Of a DNA stretch of 64,000 nt, positions 49,585-60,261 are shown one piece after another. The first letter of the stretch is position 1, and each line of letters starts with the position of its first letter. The notes beneath the pieces are model-generated. The model was not told the DNA's origin. It made no database searches and saw nothing but the letters and a program-made list of their open reading frames with translations. The stretch comes from Bacteroidota bacterium (GTDB taxonomy: Bacteria > Bacteroidota > Bacteroidia > UKL13-3). A program made the translations under genes and the position numbers. Location: contig CANNQU010000009.1 in the NCBI GenBank assembly GCA_947507965.1, forward strand, positions 722-64,721. The letters are read 5' to 3'.

Positions 49585-50067
49585 TTACACAACGGGTTTA
49601 AATTGTTCAAAGCTCTGCTGGCAGTTTTTGCAATAATGAATGGAGCGACACAGCGTTGCTCCGAAAGGGCTATTAAAAGTAGTGTTGCGGCTACTGCAGA
49701 AAGGGCAAGCTACGTCGCTTAAGACATCCAATTCAAAATAACCATCGTGTTTAGGCGGTGGAGCCAGGCCGTGTTTTAAAAGTGCCTCCCTTCCTTTCTC
49801 ACTAATCTTATTGCTATTCCAAGGGGTATCGAAAGTGGTTTTCACCGTTACGCTTTTCACCTCCATTTTCTCGATTCGTTCTCGCACATAGGTCTCTAAA
49901 ATTTTTATCGCCGGACATCCACTAAAAGTAGGTGTCATCGTAATTTCCACTGCGTCATTATCAATTTTTATCTTTGTGATAATACCCAAATCGACTACCG
50001 ATAAAGTTGGAATTTCTGGATCTTTAACATCCTGCAAAGCCTCTAAAATGTCTTCCTCTGATAGCAT
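49585..50067 (-). CDS. DUF59/MIP18-family Fe-S cluster assembly-type protein with a C-terminal CxxC...CxxC zinc-ribbon (PaaD-like)
   Basis: N-terminal ILEALQDVKDPEIPTLSVVDLGII (DUF59 pattern). C-terminal CPFCSS...CKNC cysteine pairs. Confidence 0.6.
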   Translation of the reverse strand: MLSEEDILEALQDVKDPEIPTLSVVDLGIITKIKIDNDAVEITMTPTFSGCPAIKILETYVRERIEKMEVKSVTVKTTFDTPWNSNKISEKGREALLKHGLAPPPKHDGYFELDVLSDVACPFCSSRNTTFNSPFGATLCRSIHYCKNCQQSFEQFKPVV

Positions 50068-50074
50068 AAAAAAA

Positions 50075-50890
50075 CTATTTTGATTGCCAAATATTTTTCA
50101 ACTCCAAATTTATTTTGCTTCCAAAAAATACCGAAGTTGTTTTTTCAAAAGAATCCGTATAGTCGCTTACATAGTATTTATCGGCCGCTGTTCGATGATC
50201 ATTTAATAAACCTTCGTTGGCGAGTATTGTTTTTACTTTGTTGGCAACAATCGTGGTAGAGTCGATTACTTTTACCTTGTTTTGGTAGTACGCTTTTATC
50301 TCCTCTTTTATGAGTGGATAATGCGTGCATCCTAAAATCAAAGCATCAATATGTTGAAGTTCCGGTTGAGCCAAATAGTTGTATATTATTTCATGACTTA
50401 TCTTATCATTATAGAAACCCTCCTCAATCATCGGTGCTAAAAGGGGAGTAGCTAAGGCCGTAAATTCGAGTGTCGCTTTCCGGCGGGTTAATTTTTCTTG
50501 ATAAATTCCGGAAGCGATGGTTGTTTTGGTGGCGATGATTCCAACTCTTTTTATCAGGTCATCAGCAATAACTTCTTCTATGATAGGGTCGATGACATTG
50601 ATGACCGGAATACTATTTTTAAAGGCATCACGTAGGTACTCATAGGCTGCTGCTGAAGCGGTATTACAGGCGATGACGATGCATTTACAGTTTTCGTTTT
50701 TTAGCAGGTAGTTGGTAATCTGCTCTGCATAATAGCGTATCGATTCGTTCGATTTGTCGCCGTAAGGCATGTGTGCGGTGTCGCCAAAATATACAAGCGT
50801 CTCATGAGGCATCGCTTGGGAAATGGCATGAGCAACGGTGAGTCCTCCAATGCCTGAATCGAAAATTCCTATAGGTGATTGTGCGTTCAT
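50075..50890 (-). CDS. murI: Glutamate racemase
   Basis: 271 aa. IGIFDSGIGGLTV, the two catalytic Cys contexts ACNTASA and LGCTHYP. Confidence 0.9.
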   Translation of the reverse strand: MNAQSPIGIFDSGIGGLTVAHAISQAMPHETLVYFGDTAHMPYGDKSNESIRYYAEQITNYLLKNENCKCIVIACNTASAAAYEYLRDAFKNSIPVINVIDPIIEEVIADDLIKRVGIIATKTTIASGIYQEKLTRRKATLEFTALATPLLAPMIEEGFYNDKISHEIIYNYLAQPELQHIDALILGCTHYPLIKEEIKAYYQNKVKVIDSTTIVANKVKTILANEGLLNDHRTAADKYYVSDYTDSFEKTTSVFFGSKINLELKNIWQSK

Positions 50891-51086
50891 GGATGAGCGG
50901 TAAAGTTAAAACATAAATTGCTAACTTTGTTCGTTCAATAAAGGAATATTATAACCTAACCCATTTCATGTTTCGTTGTACAAAATACGTTTATGGAATA
51001 ATACAAGTGGAAGCATCTCTAGAATGTATCGTTTACCTTAACCAAACTTAGGACATAAAAAAGTATTCCCATTCCCTGTAAGCAAC

Positions 51087-54065
51087 ATGAAAAATACCTC
51101 TCGAAAACCAGCTTTGTTTTTCGCCTTAATCTCTGCCACTCTTTTTTTAGGGCTCTATGCAAAAACCAAAATTAGCGCTACTCCATTAGCGCCTTCTACT
51201 TCCCACCTGGCTTTAGCCGATAGCCTTGTAAAGCCCCCCATATTAAAACTTACAGGTGATTTCAAGGAAGAGGAAAGGAATCCTACGCTAACCAGCTTAA
51301 AGGTGGATGTCAGCGTTGTTGGCCATATTGCCATAACCACGATGGATATGACTTTTTATAATGAGAACAATCGGATTATGGAGGGTGAGCTGAGTTTCCC
51401 TTTAGGTGAAGGGCAATCCATCTCTCGTTTTGCCCTTGAGGTTAATGGCACGCTGAGGGAGGCAGTGGTAGTCGATAAAAACAAGGCTCAACAGGTTTAT
51501 GAAGAACTGATTCGAGCAAAAGTAGACCCCGGTTTGGTAGAGCAGGTGCAAGGCAATAATTATAAGGTAAGAATATATCCGTTGCCTCCAAAGGCAACAA
51601 AACGTGTGGTTATTGCCTACGAACAAGAGCTTCCGGCCTATGGTAACGATCGATTGTATTATCTGCCCTTGAATTACGGGCAAATCATCAATGAATTTAA
51701 GATTCATCTAGAGGTATCGCAGCAAAAAGTAAAAAAGAATAGCGATGGAATAAGTATAATTTATGAAGAAAAGGAAACGAAGACCATCGCCGATTTACAG
51801 GAAACTAATTTTAATGCCAATACGTTTCTTGCTTTTGTGGTGGAAACGCCAATTCTAAACACCGTGTACCTTGAAGACGTGGGGGGTAAAAAGTATTTCT
51901 ATGCCCCTATAAAAATCAATGGAGAAATTCGTGTCAAGAAGCTACCATCTTCCATCGCGTTGTTTTGGGATGCTTCCGGGTCGGGGGTTTCAAGGGATAT
52001 TCCCAAAGAAATAAAGGTTTTGAAAAGTTACTTCTCGAAGATGAGTTCTTTGAAATTAACGGTGATCACCTTTGCCAATACAATTTTGGCGGAAAAAAAG
52101 TTTACCCTTTCTTCGGATAATTTTTATGAATTGGAGAATTACTTGAAGATGGTTGATTACGATGGGGCAACACAATTGGGAACGTTAGACTTTAATCAAT
52201 ACCAAGCGGATGAAATTATTTTAGTGAGCGATGGCTTATCGAATTTTGGAAAACCAACTCTTTCGAATTCAAAAACACCCATTATTACCATCAACAGTTC
52301 GCAACAAGGTGATTTTGATTTGTTGAAGTATCTGTCGCAAAGTACGGGTGGAAATTTTATTAACCTCAATACCACCCAACCCGAAGATGCGGTATTGAAA
52401 TTATCGAATGAGTCGTTACGTATTATCTCTATAAACCTAAATCAGTACAAAGGTGTTGATGAACCAGAACAGCTTTTTCCTACGGTGGGCTCAATCCTAT
52501 CCGATGGTTTTTCATTGGCGGGCATTTGCTCCTCGAAATATAGTGAAGTGAATATTGTATATGGTTACGGCAATGAAAAAGTAGGCGAGGCAATGATAGC
52601 CATTGACCCGTCGAAAACAGCAGTTTATAATGGAATGATAAAGCGAAATTGGGCACAGAAAAAGCTACAAAGCTTACTGCTTCAATCAGAAAAAAACAAA
52701 GATGACATTATTGCCTGTGCCGTTGAAAATAAGGTTGTAACTCCGTTTACTTCACTTCTTGTTTTAGATCGCTTGGAAGATTATGTACGTTATAATATAA
52801 CCCCTCCAAATGAACTTATAGCAAGGTACGATTCCGCTTTATCGGCAAATAAAGCGCAAGAGGTAACAGACAAAAAAACACAAATAGAACGAGTAATTCA
52901 ACTCTTTAATGAGCGAAAAGAATGGTGGGCGAAAGATTTTACCGCTGCTCGTAACAAGCCAGTGGCTAAGGATAGTGTTTCATCGGGCAATAATAGAAAC
53001 CACGGAAGAAACGGTAGGTCAGATGCTGTGGGTTCTGGAAATGGCAGAAATAGTGCCGATTCAAGAATGTATGAGCTGGAACCTACGGGATATAGCCTAA
53101 CTTTGGAAGCTCCGGATAATAACCAAGGGGTTTATAAGCAAGAACAAAGCAGTAACCGGGTTACCACCAATCTTACCGCATGGGAACCCAATATGCCTTA
53201 TATGGTAGAATTAAAAAAAGTGACCCCGGATAAACGATATGCAAAATATTTGGAGTTAAAACGTCAGTACGGAACATCGCCTTCATTTTATTTAGATGTT
53301 ACGGATTATTTGATGAAGCAAAACAATGCAAGACTTGCCTTAAGAATAGCGAGCAACCTGGCAGAAATGGAGCTTAAAAATTATCGATTGCTACGCGTAC
53401 TGGCGCATAAGTTGGAGCAAACCGGAAACATCGAAGACGCCATCGAGCTTTATAAACAAGTTTTGGTTTTACGCAAAGAAGAACCCCAAAGTTATCGTGA
53501 TCTAGGGCTGGCATTGGCAAAAAACAAGCAACCTCAGGAAGCCATTGAAATGTTATATCGGGTGGTAGTAAAAAATTGGGATGGACGTTTCCCCGAACTG
53601 GAAGTAATGGTGATGGGAGAAATAAATAATATCATCGCAACCTCCTCGCAAAAATTAGACCTCGCCTTTATAAACCCCGACTTAATTATGGCCATGCCTA
53701 TGGAAGCCCGTGTAATTTTAAACTGGGATGCCGACAACTGTGATATCGATTTATGGGTGACCGATCCAAGAGGTGAAAAATGTTTTTACGGCTATCGAAA
53801 TACGACTATCGGTGGAAGAAACTCGCCTGATTTTACCGGCGGTTATGGCCCGGAAGAATTCATCATTAAAACAGCAATGAAAGGGAAGTACAAAGTAGAA
53901 ATAAATTACTATGGCACCCGTGAGCAAACTATTTTGGGGCCTACCACGGTACAAGTTGAAATGTTCACCAACTATGGTAAGCCTACGGTAAAGGTGAGTG
54001 AAGTAACCCGTCGATTGAAGGAGAAACAGGAAACCATTGAGATCGGTACATTTGTGGTGGAGTAG
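51087..54065 (+). CDS. Secreted VIT domain + von Willebrand factor type A domain protein with a C-terminal DUF2135-like (YfaP-like) domain. Bacterial inter-alpha-trypsin-inhibitor-heavy-chain-like architecture (992 aa).
   Basis: Signal peptide. VIT: LKVDVSVVGHIAITTMDMTFYNENNRIMEGELSFPLGEGQSISRFALEVNG...YKVRIYPLPP. vWA start IALFWDASGSG (MIDAS-like DxSxS). C-terminal block DLWVTDPRGEKCFYGYRNTTIGGRNSPDFTGGYGPEEFII. The DUF2135 assignment is from memory. Confidence 0.75.
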   Translation: MKNTSRKPALFFALISATLFLGLYAKTKISATPLAPSTSHLALADSLVKPPILKLTGDFKEEERNPTLTSLKVDVSVVGHIAITTMDMTFYNENNRIMEGELSFPLGEGQSISRFALEVNGTLREAVVVDKNKAQQVYEELIRAKVDPGLVEQVQGNNYKVRIYPLPPKATKRVVIAYEQELPAYGNDRLYYLPLNYGQIINEFKIHLEVSQQKVKKNSDGISIIYEEKETKTIADLQETNFNANTFLAFVVETPILNTVYLEDVGGKKYFYAPIKINGEIRVKKLPSSIALFWDASGSGVSRDIPKEIKVLKSYFSKMSSLKLTVITFANTILAEKKFTLSSDNFYELENYLKMVDYDGATQLGTLDFNQYQADEIILVSDGLSNFGKPTLSNSKTPIITINSSQQGDFDLLKYLSQSTGGNFINLNTTQPEDAVLKLSNESLRIISINLNQYKGVDEPEQLFPTVGSILSDGFSLAGICSSKYSEVNIVYGYGNEKVGEAMIAIDPSKTAVYNGMIKRNWAQKKLQSLLLQSEKNKDDIIACAVENKVVTPFTSLLVLDRLEDYVRYNITPPNELIARYDSALSANKAQEVTDKKTQIERVIQLFNERKEWWAKDFTAARNKPVAKDSVSSGNNRNHGRNGRSDAVGSGNGRNSADSRMYELEPTGYSLTLEAPDNNQGVYKQEQSSNRVTTNLTAWEPNMPYMVELKKVTPDKRYAKYLELKRQYGTSPSFYLDVTDYLMKQNNARLALRIASNLAEMELKNYRLLRVLAHKLEQTGNIEDAIELYKQVLVLRKEEPQSYRDLGLALAKNKQPQEAIEMLYRVVVKNWDGRFPELEVMVMGEINNIIATSSQKLDLAFINPDLIMAMPMEARVILNWDADNCDIDLWVTDPRGEKCFYGYRNTTIGGRNSPDFTGGYGPEEFIIKTAMKGKYKVEINYYGTREQTILGPTTVQVEMFTNYGKPTVKVSEVTRRLKEKQETIEIGTFVVE

Positions 54066-54086
54066 TGCGGCAAGTATTCGACGGTG

Positions 54087-56606
54087 CTACTCAATAATCA
54101 CTTTCACTGCGGTTTCGTTAATTTGAATGAAATAAATTCCTTTGTTTACATCACACAGATTAACCACCGTTTCTTCTCCAGCTAATATTCCTTCAAGTAC
54201 CTTTTGTCCTAGTATGTTAACAAGAGCGTATGTTGAATTTTTTAATTCTAAAAGTCCATGGTAAATGGTCAACTCCTGCTTCGCCGGATTGGGAAAAATT
54301 CGTAACTCGAGAGAACGTATTCCTTGCTTTTTTATTCCAATGGGCAATCCTGTTTTGGTAGCACCTACTTTTATTCCGTTACCAAAACTAGTTACCCATA
54401 CTTCCGTTGTTTTAAAAGGATTATAGTACACTCGCTCTGGCTGACGAAAGGGATACGCATCAACGAGTGTAAAGGTTGGACTTGTTGGGGTAATATCCTG
54501 TGTAATCCATAACCCTTGCGTTTCGGTAGTTACATAAACTTGTTTTTTATTATTGGGATTAAAAGTTATGGAGGTAACCCTGTCGAATAAGGAGGCGGAA
54601 ATTTTGGTCCAGCTGGTACCACGGTTTACCGTTCTGTATAATCCTCCTTTATTGTTGGCACTCCCGCCCCAACCACTGAAAACGCCTACATACCAGGTGT
54701 TCTGGGTGGCATCGGTGGGGTCAACTACAATATCTTTGGTCCAATATTGCATGTTTAAATCACTTTTATCAGTCCAGGTGGAGAGAACAGGATCGTATAA
54801 AAACACGCCACTGCTGGCGGTAAAATTGGTGCCATAACGAGCACTGTAAGTGCATAATATTTTGCCATCATTCAATAGTACGATAGTTGCCGGGTGTCCT
54901 TCTGTACGTGGTGGATTAGAGAGTTTTGTCCAGGTGCTTGCAGCGCCGGCATTAAGGTTCGTGGTTAACCAAAGCCCCCCTTGAGAGGCGGCACCGCCAC
55001 CTCCATAATGTACTACACTAGCGGCCATTTTATTTGCATTATTCGGATCGACGGCAATCCAAAAAACGGGATGGCCAAAACTATGTAAAGTCGTCCAATT
55101 GTCGCCGTTATCGGCACTAAAAACTATTTTTCCATTACCGTCGGCGGCATCTAGTTGAGCATCTTTTAGCCGTGTGCTTTGGTAAAGGTCATGAATATTG
55201 GAAGTGGCTAAATAAATTGCATTTCCACTTTTCGCAAAGCGGTAGGCGGAGTTCACACTAAACCCGGCATATTGAAATCCCCAGGTTTTCCCTCCATCTT
55301 TACTGCGAATCGCCCCAATATCACTATAGCCGGCAAACACATTGCTACTGTCAATCCATAGCATCTGCCAACTGGTGGTATTTTCCAAACCGATGCTATG
55401 ATAAGCTTTTTTTGTAGGGGTATTGGCATTTGCTGCGTTTTCGTCGGCAGGGCTTACATACGCTTGCTTCCAGGTGGCACCTCCATCATTACTTACATGG
55501 ACAAAACCAAAATCAGGAAAAATAACTTTTTGAGAATTCGTAGGAGCTACGGTGATACCAAAACATGTTTCGCCCCAACTCCAGTTTTTATCGCCACCGA
55601 TGCCGCTCCAGCCACTGGTAATATTTTGGTTGTTTGGGGTCTTAAATACTTTAGTCCAAAGGCCACCTCCATCACTTGTCTTAAATACTAAAGGTGCAAC
55701 CATACTATTGTCTTTCCCCCCAAGATAGATGGTATTCACATCATTGTCGGCCATGCCTACATACATCACAAAATCAGCAGTAAAATTTATTCCGTTGTTC
55801 TTTGCAATCCAGACCCCGCTGTTATTATCCATGGTGTAAACCCCCTTTGCGTGAGTATAATTATCGTATGGCATGATTCCGTTGTAGGTTGAAGTTCCCA
55901 ATGAAGCAATGATGGCATATCGCACCGTGCCTCCATTTTTGGCTCCCTTAAAACTCCATATTACTTGCCCGGTAGAAAGGCCTGTAGTGGGCATTAATGA
56001 AAAGGAGGTGCCACCATTGGCAGAGGTAAACAATCCTTCATTGGTACCAATGGCAATATTGTTGCCATCAAAAAAAGCGCCACCAAGTATTATTCCTGCA
56101 CCATTATTTACCGTATGTTGCACTAAAGTTAAGCTAGTACCTCCGTTGTTGCTAATATAAATATCGCCATAATAACCGATGATAAGTTGCAACGGGTTCG
56201 AATAATTGGCAATGATCCGATAGGCTTTCCCATAAGCGCTATTATGCCCTGTGAGCGCATTCCAGGTTTTGCCTCCATCGATCGTTTTCACCGGATAGCC
56301 GTTATTGCCGTCATTAAAATTACTATAGGCAATCATGGGGTTATTCGTGAACTCATACGTAGAGGTATTAAATACCTGCAAACTTTTATGATTTAATTGT
56401 GTGTATGATTTCCCGAAATCGGTGGTATGGAATAGCTCGCTCATATCGCAACTCACGTAATATTCATTATCGTTGGCCGGATTAATCGTAGGGAAAAATA
56501 AGGCGCCACCACCACCAACCCCACGGGGTAAAAAAGTATCTATAGGCAACTGTGTTTTGGCCACTAACGCGAAAAACAAAAATGCGGTAAGTATAATTTT
56601 ACTCAT
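54087..56606 (-). CDS. T9SS-secreted BNR/Asp-box repeat protein (839 aa; sortilin/Vps10- or GH74-like beta-propellers) with a type A T9SS CTD
   Basis: Signal peptide. Asp-boxes TIDGGKTW, SNNGGTSL, SANGGTSF, TSDGGGLW, SNDGGATW, SKDGGKTW, SADNGDNW, VNRGTSW. C-terminus IFPNPAKQELTIY...VNILGQKV...GIYFIQI. Confidence 0.85.
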   Translation of the reverse strand: MSKIILTAFLFFALVAKTQLPIDTFLPRGVGGGGALFFPTINPANDNEYYVSCDMSELFHTTDFGKSYTQLNHKSLQVFNTSTYEFTNNPMIAYSNFNDGNNGYPVKTIDGGKTWNALTGHNSAYGKAYRIIANYSNPLQLIIGYYGDIYISNNGGTSLTLVQHTVNNGAGIILGGAFFDGNNIAIGTNEGLFTSANGGTSFSLMPTTGLSTGQVIWSFKGAKNGGTVRYAIIASLGTSTYNGIMPYDNYTHAKGVYTMDNNSGVWIAKNNGINFTADFVMYVGMADNDVNTIYLGGKDNSMVAPLVFKTSDGGGLWTKVFKTPNNQNITSGWSGIGGDKNWSWGETCFGITVAPTNSQKVIFPDFGFVHVSNDGGATWKQAYVSPADENAANANTPTKKAYHSIGLENTTSWQMLWIDSSNVFAGYSDIGAIRSKDGGKTWGFQYAGFSVNSAYRFAKSGNAIYLATSNIHDLYQSTRLKDAQLDAADGNGKIVFSADNGDNWTTLHSFGHPVFWIAVDPNNANKMAASVVHYGGGGAASQGGLWLTTNLNAGAASTWTKLSNPPRTEGHPATIVLLNDGKILCTYSARYGTNFTASSGVFLYDPVLSTWTDKSDLNMQYWTKDIVVDPTDATQNTWYVGVFSGWGGSANNKGGLYRTVNRGTSWTKISASLFDRVTSITFNPNNKKQVYVTTETQGLWITQDITPTSPTFTLVDAYPFRQPERVYYNPFKTTEVWVTSFGNGIKVGATKTGLPIGIKKQGIRSLELRIFPNPAKQELTIYHGLLELKNSTYALVNILGQKVLEGILAGEETVVNLCDVNKGIYFIQINETAVKVIIE

Positions 56607-56776
56607 GGTCGGTATAAATTAAAATGCAATATAGTCATTCAATTAATCAATGGAGCGTTATGCTACTTGGTAAGTCCAAAATCAGGCTCTTTTTTTTGAT
56701 AGTAATTTTAATACGACTCTTCTTTTATCCTATCATGCTGTTGTACTTAGACTAAAAAGTACTACCTTGCATCGTT

Positions 56777-59700
56777 ATGATGAAGAAAATAATTTTACCT
56801 TTCTTTTTGTTCGCTACTTTTTGTGTGATGAAAGCAAATGCGCAGCAAAATTATTCCCTTTTTATCAATAGTAAAACGGTTGAATTGCCAGAAAACAAAG
56901 GCAAATTGGCGTTGAATTGTGGCTTCAAAAAAAGTCAACTTTTTAAGAATAGAGCATATGTGTATCTGCAGTTTTATTCTTTGCCGGGAGAGAAAGAGAA
57001 AAAGATGCTGGAAGCTACCGGGATTCATTTCTTGTCTTATATTCCCAATAATACCTACGTGTGTTCTTTTCAAAAAAGGGATATAAAAACAATGTCCACT
57101 GCAGGGGTTAGAAGTATTTCTTTCATCGCTGCCGCGAACAAAGTGAATCCTGTTTTAAACCTTGCCGAATTACCACCGTGGGCATTAAAGCCCAACCATC
57201 AAATTGATTTAATGGTCTCGTATTACAACGATTTAAAACACGATGAGGTGAAAGCGGCCTTGCTTAAAAACAAGTATTATATCATCAGTGAAAGTGAGTC
57301 GATGCATCATTTTCAGATACGGGTGAATACCGATGTGATTTTCACCGTTGCATCGCTTGCTTTTGTGGCCTATGTCGATCCCGAGCGTGCACCATCTACC
57401 CCTGAGAATGAGGTAGAACGAACCAATCACAGAAGCTATGCGATTGATAATAATTTAACCGGAAGTGGTGGATTGCACTATGATGGTTCAGGCGTTAATG
57501 TAGCCGTTGGAGATGATGGTATCATAGGGCCACATATCGATTATACGGGCAGGGCAAACCAAACATGGGTAACCACCAATTTAGGCGATCACGGCGACCA
57601 TGTTTGCGGCATCCTTGCGGGTGCAGGCAACCTCAATCCAAAAGCAAAGGGGGCTGCTCCAGGATGCAATTTATTTATCTATAGACCGGAAGAAAACATT
57701 AACAACTTGCCTTCACATTATAGCCTTTATAAAATTCGAATTACCTCTTTATCGTATGGGCAAGCATGTAATGCTGGTTATACCAGCGATGCCACTAGAA
57801 TGGATGCAATGATGCGTGCTTATCCCGCAGCGATAAGCGTTTTTTCTGCAGGTAATTCCGGTACATCGAACTGCAATTATCAGAATACTACCATCACCGG
57901 ATGGGGCAATATAACCGGAGGATTAAAGGCGGGTAAAAATGTAATAGCAGTAGCTAACTTATGGACCACCGACTCGGTTGATGCCTCTAGTAGTCGAGGC
58001 CCAGCGAGTGATGGGCGAATTAAGCCCGACATCAGCTCCGTAGGTACTAATGTATATTCAACCATTAGTACCAACAGCTATACGAATAATACCGGTACCA
58101 GTATGGCATGTCCGGCCATTAGTGGGGTTCTGGCTCAGTTATATCAGGCTTATCGCGCCAATAATAACGCACAAGACCCAACGGGTGCATTAATGAAAGG
58201 CATACTCTTAAATACGGCCGATGATATAGGAAATCCAGGTCCCGATTTTAAATATGGTTATGGAAGAGTTAATGCCTTACGAGCTTTGCGAGTAATAGAG
58301 AAAAAATCCTACGGTGAATGGAGTGTTGATCATAACGACACCATTAAAATAGGATTCGTGATTCCCGCTAAGGTAAAGAAAGTAAAAATAATGCTCTACT
58401 ATGCCGATGTGGAGGCAACGATGGGCGCATCGAAAGCACTGGTGAATGATTTGAACATGGTTGTGATCGACAAAATGGGTCAACCCTATTATCCCTTAGT
58501 TCTTAATCCGGCACCTAATGCTACCTCCTTAAATGCCCCAGCTACACCTAGAATTGACAGCCTTAATAATATGGAACAGGTTACCATTGACAACCCGCTA
58601 GAGGGTCCTGCAGGTATTTTGGTTAATGGCTTCTCCGTTCCTTTCGGACCACAAAATTTCTATATTATTTATGATTTTATTTATGATACGCTTCAGTTGG
58701 TTTATCCTTTAGGTAACGATCGGTGGACTCCTACGGTAAGTGAAACGGTGCGATGGGACTCTTGGAACACCACCGACCCCATCACCTTTCAAACCAGTAC
58801 CGATAGTCTTACATGGGCCACCATTTCTTCAACTGTTCCTGGCAAGAATAGGTTATTCTCTTACACACCTCCGGTATCGGTAATCGGTAAGTTATGGATT
58901 AAAATAAAACAAGGTACGAACGAATCGGTGACCCGGCAATATGTAAATGTTACGACTATTCCTACAGCGCTAAAAATAGACTGGATTTGTTCAGGCTCTT
59001 GCAGGATAAGCTGGACAGCAGTAGCCAATGCAAGTAGTTATAATGTTTATCAATTGGGTGCGAAATATATGAATAGGGTAGGAAACACCACCAACACCTA
59101 TTTTGTTCTTACCGGTATCGATAGTACCGCCGACGATTGGTTTAGTGTGAATACGCTGATGAATAATAATGCGGTGGTGGGTGAAAGAGCCAACGCCATT
59201 AAAAAAACGAAACTAATAAAGTTGAATTGCGCAAATACTATCACAGCCGATTTTACCAACAGCAGAAATAATATTTGCACCAACGACACGCTCTCTTTTG
59301 CGCCGGTTACCAGTCCTTCTACCGGGCTCAGTTATAGTTGGACCTTCGTCGGCGGAAGTCCTTCATCATCAAATCTCCCGCAACCCGTAGTTCAATATAA
59401 TGCTCCTGGAAAGTATTCGGTTACCTTGGCTGTAAGTAATAATCTAAGTGGTATTTCGATTACTAAAAACCTTTTAATTACTATTCTTGGCGACACGGCG
59501 GATGCTGGAAATAACAAGACCATCTGCGAAGGTGACAGTGTTCTTTTAATAGGGACTGGTGGCGTTTCGTTTGTATGGACATTCAATAAGGCGATTATCG
59601 CCAACACGGCGAACACGAAAGTAGCCCCAGTACAAACTGCGCAGTATTTGCTTCGTACCACCAGCATAGGAGGCTGCATAAGCAACGATTCAATTCTCGT

Positions 59701-60187
59701 TTTTGTAAATCCGTTGCCAGGGAAACCAACGATTACGAGCAATTCCATTCGTTTGTCGACTACCACGGTAGCAACTTCCTATCAATGGTTTCTTGATGGT
59801 GTTTTAATCCCATCAGCTATTGAAGCTAACTATACTCCTACAACACATGGGGTTTACAAACTTCAGATAGGCAATTTGGCGGGATGCAATCGTTTTTCTG
59901 ATGATTTGTTTTTTGTTCCGCTCGGCATGAACCCCACTTCCTGGTTAAATTTAATTTCAATTTACCCAAACCCAAATCAGGGTAGTTTTGTTATAACAGG
60001 TGCCAACGCATCGACCTCTATTACGATTTATGATATGATAGGTAAAGAGGTAACATCTGCTTTGGAGCGATCAAATGGAAAAAACGATCATGTTGCTTTC
60101 TCCAATAAATCGCTTAGCAAAGGTATTTATCTGGTATGCGTAAAAATCGATGGTCAAAGAAAGACGATGAAATATGTTTTAGAATAA
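56777..60187 (+). CDS. Subtilisin-like S8 serine peptidase (1136 aa) with N-terminal propeptide-like region, catalytic domain, PKD/Ig-like domains, and a type A T9SS CTD
   Basis: Catalytic D (VAVGDDGI), H (HGDHVCGIL), S (GTSMACP). C-terminus ISIYPNPNQGSFVI...ITIYDMIGKEV...GIYLVCVKI. Confidence 0.9.
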   Translation: MMKKIILPFFLFATFCVMKANAQQNYSLFINSKTVELPENKGKLALNCGFKKSQLFKNRAYVYLQFYSLPGEKEKKMLEATGIHFLSYIPNNTYVCSFQKRDIKTMSTAGVRSISFIAAANKVNPVLNLAELPPWALKPNHQIDLMVSYYNDLKHDEVKAALLKNKYYIISESESMHHFQIRVNTDVIFTVASLAFVAYVDPERAPSTPENEVERTNHRSYAIDNNLTGSGGLHYDGSGVNVAVGDDGIIGPHIDYTGRANQTWVTTNLGDHGDHVCGILAGAGNLNPKAKGAAPGCNLFIYRPEENINNLPSHYSLYKIRITSLSYGQACNAGYTSDATRMDAMMRAYPAAISVFSAGNSGTSNCNYQNTTITGWGNITGGLKAGKNVIAVANLWTTDSVDASSSRGPASDGRIKPDISSVGTNVYSTISTNSYTNNTGTSMACPAISGVLAQLYQAYRANNNAQDPTGALMKGILLNTADDIGNPGPDFKYGYGRVNALRALRVIEKKSYGEWSVDHNDTIKIGFVIPAKVKKVKIMLYYADVEATMGASKALVNDLNMVVIDKMGQPYYPLVLNPAPNATSLNAPATPRIDSLNNMEQVTIDNPLEGPAGILVNGFSVPFGPQNFYIIYDFIYDTLQLVYPLGNDRWTPTVSETVRWDSWNTTDPITFQTSTDSLTWATISSTVPGKNRLFSYTPPVSVIGKLWIKIKQGTNESVTRQYVNVTTIPTALKIDWICSGSCRISWTAVANASSYNVYQLGAKYMNRVGNTTNTYFVLTGIDSTADDWFSVNTLMNNNAVVGERANAIKKTKLIKLNCANTITADFTNSRNNICTNDTLSFAPVTSPSTGLSYSWTFVGGSPSSSNLPQPVVQYNAPGKYSVTLAVSNNLSGISITKNLLITILGDTADAGNNKTICEGDSVLLIGTGGVSFVWTFNKAIIANTANTKVAPVQTAQYLLRTTSIGGCISNDSILVFVNPLPGKPTITSNSIRLSTTTVATSYQWFLDGVLIPSAIEANYTPTTHGVYKLQIGNLAGCNRFSDDLFFVPLGMNPTSWLNLISIYPNPNQGSFVITGANASTSITIYDMIGKEVTSALERSNGKNDHVAFSNKSLSKGIYLVCVKIDGQRKTMKYVLE

Positions 60188-60261
60188 GGATACTTTTTCT
60201 TCCCAATAAACGGAGCTACGGCAGGTCATATTCTTCTTTTATTCGGATTTTTAAATTATAG

